A stretch of 64,000 bases of DNA, from positions 10,478,001 through 10,542,000 of the forward strand of contig OX597814.1 in NCBI GenBank assembly GCA_951406725.2. The letters are read 5' to 3'. The position numbers and the translations under genes are program-made. This document shows positions 14,198 through 26,160 of this stretch, piece after piece. The first letter of the stretch is position 1. Each line of letters starts with the position of its first letter. The notes under the pieces were generated by a model that saw nothing but the letters and a program-made list of their open reading frames with translations, was not told where the DNA came from and made no database searches. Origin of the DNA: Octopus vulgaris (Eukaryota).

Positions 14198-14598
14198 GGA
14201 AACGCGTGGCTAAGTGGTTAGGATGTTGGTGTCATGACTGTAAGATTGAGATTTCGATTCCTGGACCGGCTGGCACGTTGTGTTCTTGAGGTAAGAAGTA
14301 TGCTTCCGGGTTCAGTCTTGTACGATAAACTCGAGGCGAATAAAGCCTTCTGCGTAGATTTGCTGAACAGAAACTGAAAGAAGCCCGTCGTACACACACA
14401 TATATATATGCCTTTGTGTCTGTGTTTGACCCCCACCATTGCTTGACAAACGTTGTTGTACGTTTACAATCCCGTAATCTACCGATTCAGTAAGAAATAT
14501 CGATAAAAAAAAGAATTTAAAATTCATCCGACTAAAAAGTTTTCAAGGCGGTGTCGCAACATGGCTGCATTCTAATGATTGAAACAAGTAAAAGATAT
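14198..14598 (+). mobile_element. Chimeric SINE: family D-type head with family A body
   Basis: Head GCGTGGCTAAGTGGTTAGG...TGTGTTCTTGAG followed by the family A 3' half. Confidence 0.6.
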
Positions 14599-14679
14599 GA
14601 CATATGATACACAGCAATGTCTGTGTGCATATCTATCTATCTATCTATCTTTTTTTATTTTTTTTATTTTTTGTTTTTT

Positions 14680-14836
14680 TTTTCCCTTTTACGATCCCTT
14701 TTGATTGAAAACCTACGCCACCATTTTTTTTGTTTCTTTTGTTTTTTGTTTTTTGTTTTTTTCATCCCCCGAAAGAAAAGCTCTACCTTGTAAATGGTCC
14801 CATCTGTGTGCAGCCCTGTGTGGCCAATAAAGAAAC
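14680..14836 (+). mobile_element. 3' end of a LINE-like element (no ORF)
   Basis: Homologous to 50393-50516 (-). Ends CAGCCCTGTGTGGCCAATAAAGAAA, similar to the family B tail. Confidence 0.6.
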
Positions 14837-15072
14837 TTATCTGTCTAGACATACGAATATGAAGTTGGGAAATAAACGTTCAGAAAGTTTCAGTAGGTAC
14901 ATCTGAATTCATATTGATATTTGCCAATGATATAATCATTAACTAATTATCAATTAATTAGGTAACACAAACATCTATGTAAAATAACTTACGCGGAAAG
15001 GAACAGTTCAGAAACGCTAATACAAAAAAAGAAATTGTATATATATATGCATTCATGTATATGTGTATGAAG

Positions 15073-15150
<78 letters not shown>

Positions 15151-15728
15151 ATATCGCACCATTACATGTATACATACACATACATATATATATATACATG
15201 TTCTTTTAGGTACGTTTGTATGTATGTGTGATTTTGTCTTTATCTGTTTTCCCTCATTTTGTGTATGCTTCTATGTATGTACATACTTCAGTATATGTAC
15301 AAATGTGTTTTGGTTCTGAGCGTCTCTCTGTACGTATGATACTCACACACATATACATATCGTATGTCTGTGCGTGTTTGGTTGCAGACAGATCTTAATA
15401 ACAGTGTTTCTTAGTGGTTCAAAAGATAACTATTATCAAAATAGCAGATAAATTTGTGAATATAAATATTAATTTGAGCGAATTAAACGATTCATAAGCA
15501 TACAATATACAGCAAATAGTTTAGGCGAATAGGCGTATGCATACATGTATAAACACGCATGCGCAAACAAATCATACACATATAAACAATATAAACGGCC
15601 ATATATATTCTTGTGAATATTTGCATCATTTATCATTAAAGTCACAACTTGTTTAACTCTTAATTTATATTCACGTATGTATGTATATGTACACTCATGT
15701 ACATATATATATATATGTACATGTGTGT

Positions 15729-15786
<58 letters not shown>

Positions 15787-15825
15787 GCATGTGTGTGTAT
15801 ATATGTATGTGTGTGTTTATATCTA

Positions 15826-15911
<86 letters not shown>

Positions 15912-18058
15912 GCATAGATAGATATGCACACACACACGTATGTGTATACTTACACGCTCGGGTGAGAGAAGAGGGGAAAAAGACTATCATGAGGAGAGAG
16001 ACAGAGAGAGAAACAGAGAGATAAACAGATGAGACTATAAACTGGGGAATATATCAACAGTAGAGCGAAAGAGATAGATACAGATTGATCAATACAAAGA
16101 GAGGGAGATAGGGAGGGAGAGAGATAGAGAGGAGAAATGAGAGAAGAGAGGGAGACGAGAGAGAGTACGACAGTCAGACAGTTAGTGAGAAAAGAAAAAA
16201 GAGAAGGAATATAGAAATAAAGAGACTCCTGAGCGCACCACCATCTTCGCCACCGGCAAAGAAGGCGCGGGAGTAGTACGGGATGTGCATGGCCAGTCGG
16301 CCGGACAGTTTTGATAAATATGCGCTTAAATGCCAGTTAAATGTATCGTAGAACGAATGGTGATACGTCCCTACAGCCCGAAACACAACTAACTGGATTA
16401 TTTGCTTTACCACACTTTAGCTGTTTCAAATTGAGCGGAATTACTTCCCCTTTTTGGCAAAAGCCGATCCGTGATACATCTCTTTCGGTATTGCTTCTGA
16501 CTGCTAACCAAAACCCATTGCATTACGACGGCGAACCAATCATCAAAGAAGCGTGAACGCAAATATAAACATGAACAAAATAAATGGTAAAACAAGCATA
16601 AAATAAATGATAGAAAGAAGAAAAATTAATAAAATAAGAACAAAAATAAAATTACAAAAGAGACGAAATTGACGAAGGGGGGAGACGGGAAAAAGGAGGA
16701 GGCGGGGGAGTTGTAGTAGAGGAAAACGAGAGAGGACAGAGTAAGAAACGAAAGTAAAAAGGAGGGGGTCCCAAAAGAAGGTGAAATTTGTTGAGGGAGG
16801 TTGAGCGAGTGGCTCAAAGGAATGATTAAGCGAGAGTGAGCGAAAGAGAGAGAGAGAGAGAGAGAGAGAATGAGAGAATGAGAGAGGTGGAAAGATGGGT
16901 GCAATATTGTAGAAGATTAAGAGAGCAATGGAGATGGACAATGGTAGTGGTGGTGGTTTTGGTGGTGGTGGTGGTGGAGTTGGTCGTGTTAGAAGTAGCG
17001 GTCATGGTAGTTGTGGCAGTGACGCCAGTGGTCGTGGTGGTTGTAGTGATGGTGTTGAGGAGAAAAAGTTTAAATAGCCAAGAAGGGAAGCTCTCGCAAG
17101 AACAACAGCAACAACAAAAACAACAGCAGCGGTTTTAGTAGCAGCAGCAGCAGCAGCAATGACGATGACAACAACAACTGCAACGAAAAGGAAGAAAATA
17201 ACAATGACTGGACACCCATTTGTTGAAATATGATCTCGTTGTCATCATCATCATCATCATCATCATCATTATCATTGTCACCGTTATAATCATCATAATC
17301 TTCATTATCATCGCAATCGTATTTTTCATAATAAGCATCGTCACCAAGAAGAGAACCACTCCATCACCACCACCACCACCATCCTTCTCCTCTACATCAT
17401 CATCTTCCTCATTTTCATCGTTGGCAGCAGTATTACTACCATTGTCATCATTATCAGAGTGGATGTTAGTAGCAGTGGATATTTTGGCGCCGGAACGAAA
17501 AAGAAAAACTGTTCTTTATACAAAAGGTCCAAGACCAGATATTCCTAGGAGCAAGGAGGCAAATGATCCAACAGAATACAATCTGGTCCTACAGGGCTGG
17601 GCGGAGTTCCATAATTCCAAGTTCTTCATATGGGGACTTGAACAAAACTAGCCCCCTTGCACGTCAACAGAAACTTCGATGGCGTACACTCCTCATTTCT
17701 ATGTACCATGTTGCAAGACAACCGACATGTTCTAAGTAGTATGGCGTCATTATCACTTAAACTTAGTTCATTTTGTTACGATACGCTGATGGTGAAATCG
17801 ATTTATCATGAATGATGAAATGATGTTTGTGTGTCCTTATATGATAGTGGGTCTCCTCAGTCCGTCTAACTTCTGCAGTAACAGTGCAGGATCCAAGCAC
17901 TGCAGTTTAAAAGAACCATGGGCAGGAAATCAACCAGGTGCCGATAGATTGTTTCACTTAGCGATAACCAAAAGAGTCGAGTACTTTTAATTGATCTAAA
18001 CTGACACACATCCCATCAAAACTCTCTCTCTCTCTCTTTATATATATATATATATATA

Positions 18059-18977
18059 TAAACCAGCTTAGAGGAGAGGAAGAACGAAACGAAACGAACG
18101 AATCGAATCGAATCGACGCGAGGGCGGTCAGTCATACAATAGTGTAATAAATAAAATATATGCATACATACAAACATATATGTACGTACCTACATCTACA
18201 TGTATATATACATGCATATATAAATATATATACGTGTGTACAGGACACCACAAATAGACGTAGAACTCAACGAGAAACGAAAAAGTAAAAACAGCATGGA
18301 ACGGACCATTTTTTTATCAACGAAAAAACAGAGTACAAGACAACTACACAAGGAAAAATCCCCTTCATCAGCTGTCCTATGTTCAACTCCAGCGTGTTTC
18401 GAAGGTGAGGACAGAACACGTCTCGTCGAACTAGTTCTTCCTGTGAAAGAATTAAATAAAATTCCTTTGCAGAGGGGTAAAAACAAGGAAAAAAATGTGA
18501 CAAAAACAGGACGTAAAAACAATACAATTAAAAACAAATACAAAATAAAAATACAATTACAAAAAATACAGTACAAGAAGGAATAGAAACAGGACAGGAA
18601 AACAAATAAAGAGGGCCTATAAGCCTAGACGAGGAAAAAATTATCATGAGCGCAGGAAGAAACATGTTTACTTGAAGAAGGTCGCCAGAGAAAGGAAGTT
18701 CGTCGACCCGGCTGTGAGAGAGATGAGGAGGAGTGAGAGAGAGAGAGAGAGAGAGAGATAGAGAGGAAGGAAGTCAAAGAGGGTGAAAGAAAGAGAGAAG
18801 AAGGAGTTATAGAGTTTCGCGTCATAATTATATATAAAAACCAGCTTAGAGAAGAGGAAGAACGAAACGAAACGAACGAATCGAATCGAATCGACGCGAG
18901 GGCACTCAGTCATACAATAGTATAATAAACAAAATATATGCATACATACAAACATATATGAACGTACCTACATCTAC

Positions 18978-18991
<14 letters not shown>
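18059..18991. mobile_element. (TA)n-embedded insert flanked by ~155-bp direct repeats, carrying a permuted hammerhead-like motif
   Basis: Direct repeats at 18059-18212 and 18838-18991. On the - strand at 18360-18405: CCUUC GAAAC...CAG CUGAUGA AGGGG. Confidence 0.65.
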
Positions 18992-19040
<49 letters not shown>

Positions 19041-19160
19041 CATATTTCTTCTGTCTGTATGTGTGCATCACTAAAACTCGAAAACTACCCGGCCGATTTC
19101 ATTCAAGTTCTATACATGCCTTGCTGAGGGTCCATGTCACTGCGCAAATGAAGACATATA

Positions 19161-19394
19161 ATAGAAATACAAAATGGCTAACGGTTAGTAAAGAGAGACA
19201 CAAATAAGAAGGAAGAAAACAAAGGACCACTGATGCGGTCAGAGGAGTGTGACGAAAGAACTCTGGCCGAAATAAGATTAAGATTAATGTAAAAAATAGA
19301 TAACACTGAAGCAAAATAACACCAATTATATAGTGCGTGTGTTTTTATTGGCTAAACTGGCAAAATGACCATTCCGAAATATAACAAAATATGT
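19161..19394 (+). mobile_element. Non-fold-back copy of the 61-kb hammerhead element
   Basis: Highly similar to 61086-61318. Hammerhead at 19225-19268 (GACCA CUGAUGC G GUCA..UGAC GAA AG-aa-CU C UGGCC). ATG at 19365 reads MTIPKYNKIC and then runs into TA. Confidence 0.85.
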
Positions 19395-19420
19395 GTATAT
19401 ATATATATGTGTGTGTGTGT

Positions 19421-19476
<56 letters not shown>

Positions 19477-19845
19477 GGACGTAGCTATGTGCTAAGAAGC
19501 TTGCTTCCCAACCACGTGGCTCCGGGTTCTGTCCCAATACGTGGCACATAGCCTTCGTTCGACCAAAGCCAGGTCAGTGGATTTGGCTGACGGAAACAGA
19601 AAGAAGTCTGTTCTATATGTATATATATTTATGTGTGTGTATTTGTGTCTATGGTTCTTCCCACACCATCTCTTACAAACTGATGCTGGTTTGTTTACGT
19701 CCCCGTAACTTAGCGGTTCGGCAGATCTCGACAGAATAAGCATCAGGCTTACAAAGAATAAGTCCAGGGGTAGATTTCTTCAACTAAAAAGCGGTACTCC
19801 AGAATGGCCACGCTGAAATGACTGAAAAAGTAACAGAGTGAAAGA

Positions 19846-19847
<2 letters not shown>
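19477..19847 (+). mobile_element. SINE family A, diverged
   Basis: Similar to 13444-13850. Confidence 0.8.
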
Positions 19848-19889
<42 letters not shown>

Positions 19890-19911
19890 ATATATTTATA
19901 TATATATTTAT

Positions 19912-19976
<65 letters not shown>

Positions 19977-19977
<1 letters not shown>

Positions 19978-20200
19978 GAGGATAATATCGATATTTACCC
20001 TTGATATATTCAATTGATGACGGTAAAGCTTATCTAAAGCAGAACCAGAAATCCTTGGATCTTGAATTATTCAATAATTTTTGCTTGTATGTTTTGTCCC
20101 TCCGCTTTACCTCATGGTGCGATATGAACATTTAACGTGGTACTATAGTCAGTGTTTCGACTGCTATTTCGGCATGTTGGTGTCTTTTAGACACCCTCAT

Positions 20201-20208
<8 letters not shown>
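19977..20208 (+). mobile_element. (TA)n-embedded hammerhead-bearing element with 3' hairpin
   Basis: (TA)n on both sides. Hammerhead at 20008-20067. Terminal hairpin GGTGTC/GACACC followed by CTCAT at 20179-20200. Confidence 0.7.
20008..20067 (+). ncRNA. Type-I hammerhead motif (C3U variant)
   Basis: AUUCAA UUGAUGA C GGU...ACC A GAA AUCC UU GGAU C UUGAAU. Stem I has 6 bp, stem III has 4 bp, and the cleavage triplet is AUC. Confidence 0.75.
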
Positions 20209-20235
<27 letters not shown>

Positions 20236-21589
20236 CTTGATCCAGTATATATATATTAACGAAAACAATCAAATAATTGTCAGTTTATTTAGCGTAGTTA
20301 ATTAAATAAATAAAAGTTTAGGGAGTGAAAAAGGATCACACAACGAAATATTGAAGCATTGCTCTCTCAAGATATCTTCTGATGATGATAAGGAAGAACA
20401 GAACTTAACATTGGTGTAAAAAGTTCATGGCGTGCCATAGTGTTAATGATGGAGTACAGAGTAACGTTTTCCACGATGTATGCTAACAAGCATATCTATG
20501 TGCCTTTTCACACTCCGCTTCTTTTCGCACTCCGATATTTTAAAGAAATAGTTCTTCCTATGCGAAATTATTACTTTTGCATTTCGTTCTTTGATGTATA
20601 GCATCGTCGTTGTCTTTTGTATAACAGAATACATCCAACTAACTCGTTAAAGCTGCATGTGTCAAAAAAATGAAGCTAAAGAGAAAACATTCATACAAAC
20701 ACAGAAGTTTCCTGATCACAGACCCTTACTAGCTTCAATAACCCCTGAGCTAACAAACGCGGAAACATTCAAACAAGCTAGATAAAAAAAAAAACAGAAC
20801 CTAATATTTGGATAATAAAATATAGAAAGGATGGTGTTAGTTGTGAGGGAGATACATTATTGACTGTTAAAAGGCATAATATCTGAATGGAAAATGAAAA
20901 AGCTTAAATATGAAGAGAAAACAAATAGTGGATGATTTAGCTTAAAGAGTAAACAAATGAAAAAAATGCGTAAACATCCAATTCATTGAAATATATTGTT
21001 GGTTGTGTGTATGATTTTTATGGTGAGAAAGGAACATTTTCAACAGAGTTAAAGTTGTTGCTTTTAGCAATCGGTTCAAGCAGCATTTCTTCTGGTTTCT
21101 GAGTTCAAAAGCCACCAATGTCGACTTTATTTGTCATCTTCTTTATGCCGATAGTATAAGTATAAGTTCAATACAGGGGTCGATGCAATCGATTTCCCAC
21201 GCCCATCAAAGTTGCTTGCCTTGTGCCAAAATTTAGGAAGAATTGTCAGTCGGTTCAAGAGCGATTAGACAGAGATGTAAGCATAAATATCCCAGCTGCG
21301 ACCATCCTGCTCTTTATTCAACATTGAGTGTCCAGCACCACATTATGCAATATTATCCCTCTTTATATTCTAGACCGAAGGATATTTGACTGCTATTTCT
21401 AGGTTCCCTTGTTGGCATCAAGTGAGAATTTCAATTCTTGTGATTATTACTTATATAAGTTTACCGTAATCGAATAGGCCTGTGATCAGAGGCGTTCCTC
21501 TTGGAATTGCATTATCTAATGTGTCCTTCCTTTTCCTTGAGCGATACCTGGTTGTTATTTCTGACAAGTACTGGAGTACTGTCATGAAG

Positions 21590-21743
21590 AATTTTTTGTC
21601 GACTATATCGACTCTAGTACTTAATTTTTAAAAGCCTGGTACTTATTCTAGCGGTCCTTTTGCAGAATCGCCAAGTTACGGGGACGTAAATACACCAGCA
21701 CCGGTTGTCAAGCGGTGGTGGGGAGGAGAAACAGAGGCACACA

Positions 21744-21835
<92 letters not shown>
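21590..21835 (-). mobile_element. SINE family A 3' part with (CA)n
   Basis: Reverse-complement similarity to the family A 3' half. Confidence 0.7.
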
Positions 21836-21836
<1 letters not shown>

Positions 21837-22354
21837 GACCTTTCTTTCTTGGTTCGACTGCCCTCAGTGCAACATCTATATTCCTCCCTGTGCCTGTGAA
21901 ATGTTGTATCGCTGCCATAAGGGGATACAACCTCCTCCTCCTCATCATCATCATCATTATCATCATCATCATCATCATTCTATCATCATCATTACTATCA
22001 CTGTAGTCACAATTTATGCACTTCATTACTTGCAGCAGTTCAGTCTTTCTAATGACATGGTGATAGCGAGGATGGTATGGATAGTGGTAGGAGCAATGGT
22101 GTTAGGGTGGTTGAAATACCGCTATTGCTATCACTATTAAATAGTATCGTCAGAATCAGAAGCCAATGAAGAGATTTCTATGTGGTCGCATAACCTTCTC
22201 TTAGAAATAGCAACCAAATTTCCTTCAAATCCTATGCTACCGTTTTAAAAAAAGAAGGACGCATAAGAAAAGACAAAATAGTCATTGCTGGAGTACTGTT
22301 TATTTTAGCGGTTAACTAGATCAATATGAACCTGAGGTTAAGCATCAAGATCGT

Positions 22355-22411
<57 letters not shown>

Positions 22412-22802
22412 CAACAACAACAACAACAACTGCAATAACAAACAACTAACCACCGTTATTTGTGTCAATATCTAATTTCTTGTCAATACAAAACCGCGAT
22501 CAAAATTTGTAAAGAAAAAAATCGCAACATTAACACTAATCCACATTACAGTTATGTTTTTTCTCTTCTTCCTTCCCCTCTTTCTCTCTCCTCCTCCTCC
22601 TCCTCCTCATCATCATCATCATCATCATCATCATCGTCATTATCATTATCATCACTGCCAGTACAGCAACCTTTCTCTCTCCAAGTCTAAACCTCCCCCC
22701 CACACCGACCTCACTGTCAACGACAACAGCAATATCTCCTAAAAAACCACGACGATATCAATTCTCGCCAACACCTCTCACCTACCTGAAACATCATCAA
22801 AA

Positions 22803-23480
22803 CTACCAACCACCACCACCACCACCACCACCACCACCACCATCATAAACATCACTACCGCAACCACCACAACCTCAACGACGACGACGACGACTACCAC
22901 CACCTGAACCATCACCACCTCAGCCACTACAACGACGACTACTACCACCACAAACACTTCAACCATCACAACGACAACCACTACCATCACAACCACAATT
23001 ACAACCACTACCACCACCACCACCACTACCACCACCACTACCACCACCATCATAAACATCACTACCACAACCACCACAACCTCAACGACGACGACGACGA
23101 CTACCACCACCTGAACCATCACCACCTCAGCCACTACAACGACGACTACTACCACCACAAACACTACAACCATCACAACGACAACCACTACCATCACAAC
23201 CACAATTACAACCACTACCACCACCACCACCACTACCACCACCACTACCACCACCATCATAAACATCACTACCACAACCACCACAACCTCAACGACGACG
23301 ACGACCACCATCACCACTTCAGCAACTACAACGACGACTACCACCAACACAAACACTACAACCATCACAACGACAACCACTACCGTCACAACCATAACTA
23401 CCACCATTACCACACCACCACCACCACCACCACCACCATATCTACCACCATTACCACCACCATATCTACCACCATTACCA
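22803..23480. repeat. Compound (ACC/ACA/ACG)n region with ~207-bp higher-order unit x3
   Basis: CATCATAAACATCACTACC recurs at 22841, 23048 and 23255. Confidence 0.9.
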
Positions 23481-25320
23481 CAATAAAATCTGAACTCATT
23501 TCGACATCAATCCCTATCATCGCCACCTCCCTCTAATAACCACGTCATAAGCGCCAATACTGCAATACACACCATCATCATCATCATCAGTAGCAGCAGC
23601 AGCAGTAGCAGCAGCAGCATCATTGCTGTCGTCGTGGTCGTCGCGATTGTCTCCCTTGCAGTAATTTCCTCAAACGTTGCCTCGTCACTACGGCGACGAC
23701 GTCCGCAGCTACCACCATCACCAACACCACCACCACCACCACTATTTCCACATTCGTCGTCGCCCCCCCCCCCTTTCACCGCTATCATCATCACCATCAT
23801 AAGAATCCGAAACATCATGTGCAGCACCATAACTAAAACCCATTCATCCTCCTTTCACCACCAGATATCCTGTCCCCATCCTCACTACCACCACAATCAT
23901 CATCATCATCGTCACCCCTATTATCAAGACTTGCCTCAACCACCTCATCACTACCTCCGTCTACTACCATGACCATCATCTCTATCTCCGTCTTCACTAA
24001 TATTTTCATCATCATCGCAACCTGCATTTGTTTCTAGTTTCACTTTCACTTTGACATTCATTTTCTCTGCCGTCACCACCTTTACTTCCGCCATCGTTGC
24101 CATCAGTATCACCACCAGTAGCATACCCACCACCACAACCGTCATCGAGCAACATCGCTACCGACACCATCGCTATCGATATCATCACCACTGCTACCAA
24201 CCACTACGATTGCTGCAATCACCATCAATATCACCAGCAACAGCATCGTTATTACCATCAAGACCACATTTACCATCACGATTGCCATTCACCGCCAGCG
24301 TCGCCACTACCACCTTCAGAAATACCAGCACCAGCAGTAATCACCACCACAACCACCACAACTACCACCATCACCGCCACTACCACTACCAATACGAACA
24401 CCATTCATCACCATCGCCCTTACCACCACTCACCTCAGTCCAGTCCACTCATACATGAAATACAATTTAATGGCTTTCGATTGGACCAAACTGCTAACTT
24501 CTCGACGTGATCCACTGGGTGTGAATGTTAGCTGTGAATTTATATTTTTTTCCATACTTCACTGACCAAGAATTTTCTATAACGATGTTGTTATTGTTGT
24601 TATTGTTTTTTTGGGGGGTGTTTTTGTTGTTTTTGCTGTTGTTGATAATGTTATTTGTTACTACTTCCACCGATGAAGTTGGCAACACATTTTGTTGCCT
24701 TTTTTTATTCTATACTGTTTTTGATTTAGTAATCATCATTATTATGGTCGTCGCCGTCGTCGTCATCATCATCATTATCATCATCATCGTTATCATCAAT
24801 ATCGTCATCATCACTATTAACACCCTTTTCCCTCTCTGCATCCTCTTCCACCTCTGTCTTCTCCTTCCATCATCATCATCATCAGCAGCAGCAGCAGCAG
24901 CAACAGCAGTAATATTCTTCTACTTTCACTTTACCCATCCTCCTCATCTTTCTCTTCTTCCTAAACATCATTGTCAGCCAACCTTTTCATTATTACTATC
25001 GGCATTACATTTATTAATAGGAATTTTTATCCCATCTTTTTTTCTATTTCGTCAATAATTATCATCGTTATGGCCAAAGCTTTACAGATGAAAATGCATA
25101 TCAAGTATAGCTAGCGATATGGTTTCAATTCCACAGTAGAATCTTATTACCATTTTGTGTTTTTATTAAACATTTCCACTTATGTTGCGCAGTTTTACGC
25201 ATTCTTTATTTCTCAGATGATACCAAGAAGAACCTAGTAATGAGCAAAACTTCCTTTTTACGATTGTTTCACTGTGTTAGAAAGGGAATTATGGCAATTA
25301 TCTGCCACTATGCCTTTGGT

Positions 25321-25595
25321 GGTGGAGGCACATAGCCTAGTGGTTAGAGCAAACCGGGCGATGTGTGTGATTATGAGCGAAGCAGCTGAGCTCCACGCGT
25401 CTCCGACAGAAGGTAATGGCGAACTTCTGCTGACTCTTTCGCCACAACTTTCTATCACTCTTTCCTCCTGCATCTAGCAGTTCACCTGCGACGGATCAGC
25501 GTCCCGTCCAGGTGAGAAACCTATACGCCAATGAAACCGGGAAACCGGCCCTTATGAGCCAGGCATGGCTTGAGAAGGAACAAACAACAACAGAC
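25321..25595 (+). mobile_element. SINE family C (V-domain-like core)
   Basis: tRNA head GGCACAT(A/G)GCCTAGTGGTTAG, core CTGCGACGGA..CGTCCCGTCCAGGTG, (CAA)n tail. Other copies at 26004-26160 and 58354-58610. Confidence 0.75.
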
Positions 25596-26003
25596 AACAA
25601 CATACCTTTGGTGTCTTTGGTTAGGTTAAACTGAACGTGGCGTCCTTTAAAAAATTTCAACTCCTTAATGTGGACTTTGAGGTCATTTCTACTGGATTTT
25701 CATCATGTTTGCGTTGTTGGAATATATTTACAAGACTTTCTTCACAGAACTATAGGCAAATTCTTGAGAACGGTGAATATTATAAAACCTTTTTCTCAAA
25801 TTTAATCTTCATATTTATTGATATCAAAATTATGGATGTCATCCAACCAGCCCCTTCGACTTTCAGCTTTGATTATAACAAACCTCGTACTTTCCGATAG
25901 AGCAATGTCAGCCGATCTTGGTATAGATCTTGAATGTTAATAGACCTAATGTTAATAGACCTAAGCCAGCCATTTCTATATCGACATGCCTCTTTGATAT
26001 CAA

Positions 26004-26160
26004 TGACTCTTTCGCCACAACACTCTCTCACTCTTTCCTCCTGCATCTTGCAACTCACCTGCGACGGACCGGCGTCCCGTCCAGGTGGGGAACCTATACG
26101 CCAAAGAAACCGGGAAACCGGCCCTTATGAGCCAGGTGTGGATCGAGAAAGAACAAACAT
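26004..26160 (+). mobile_element. SINE family C, 5'-truncated
   Basis: Matches 25431-25587. Confidence 0.75.

Noticed and set aside
17590-17960. Possible Tc1 TIR start (TACAGGGCTGGGC) and decayed transposase
   Set aside because: Too degenerate, and no partner TIR was found.
22778-23413. 211-aa poly-Val ORF (Thr-rich mucin-like on the other strand)
   Set aside because: A degenerate trinucleotide repeat with no non-repetitive coding context or convincing splice sites.
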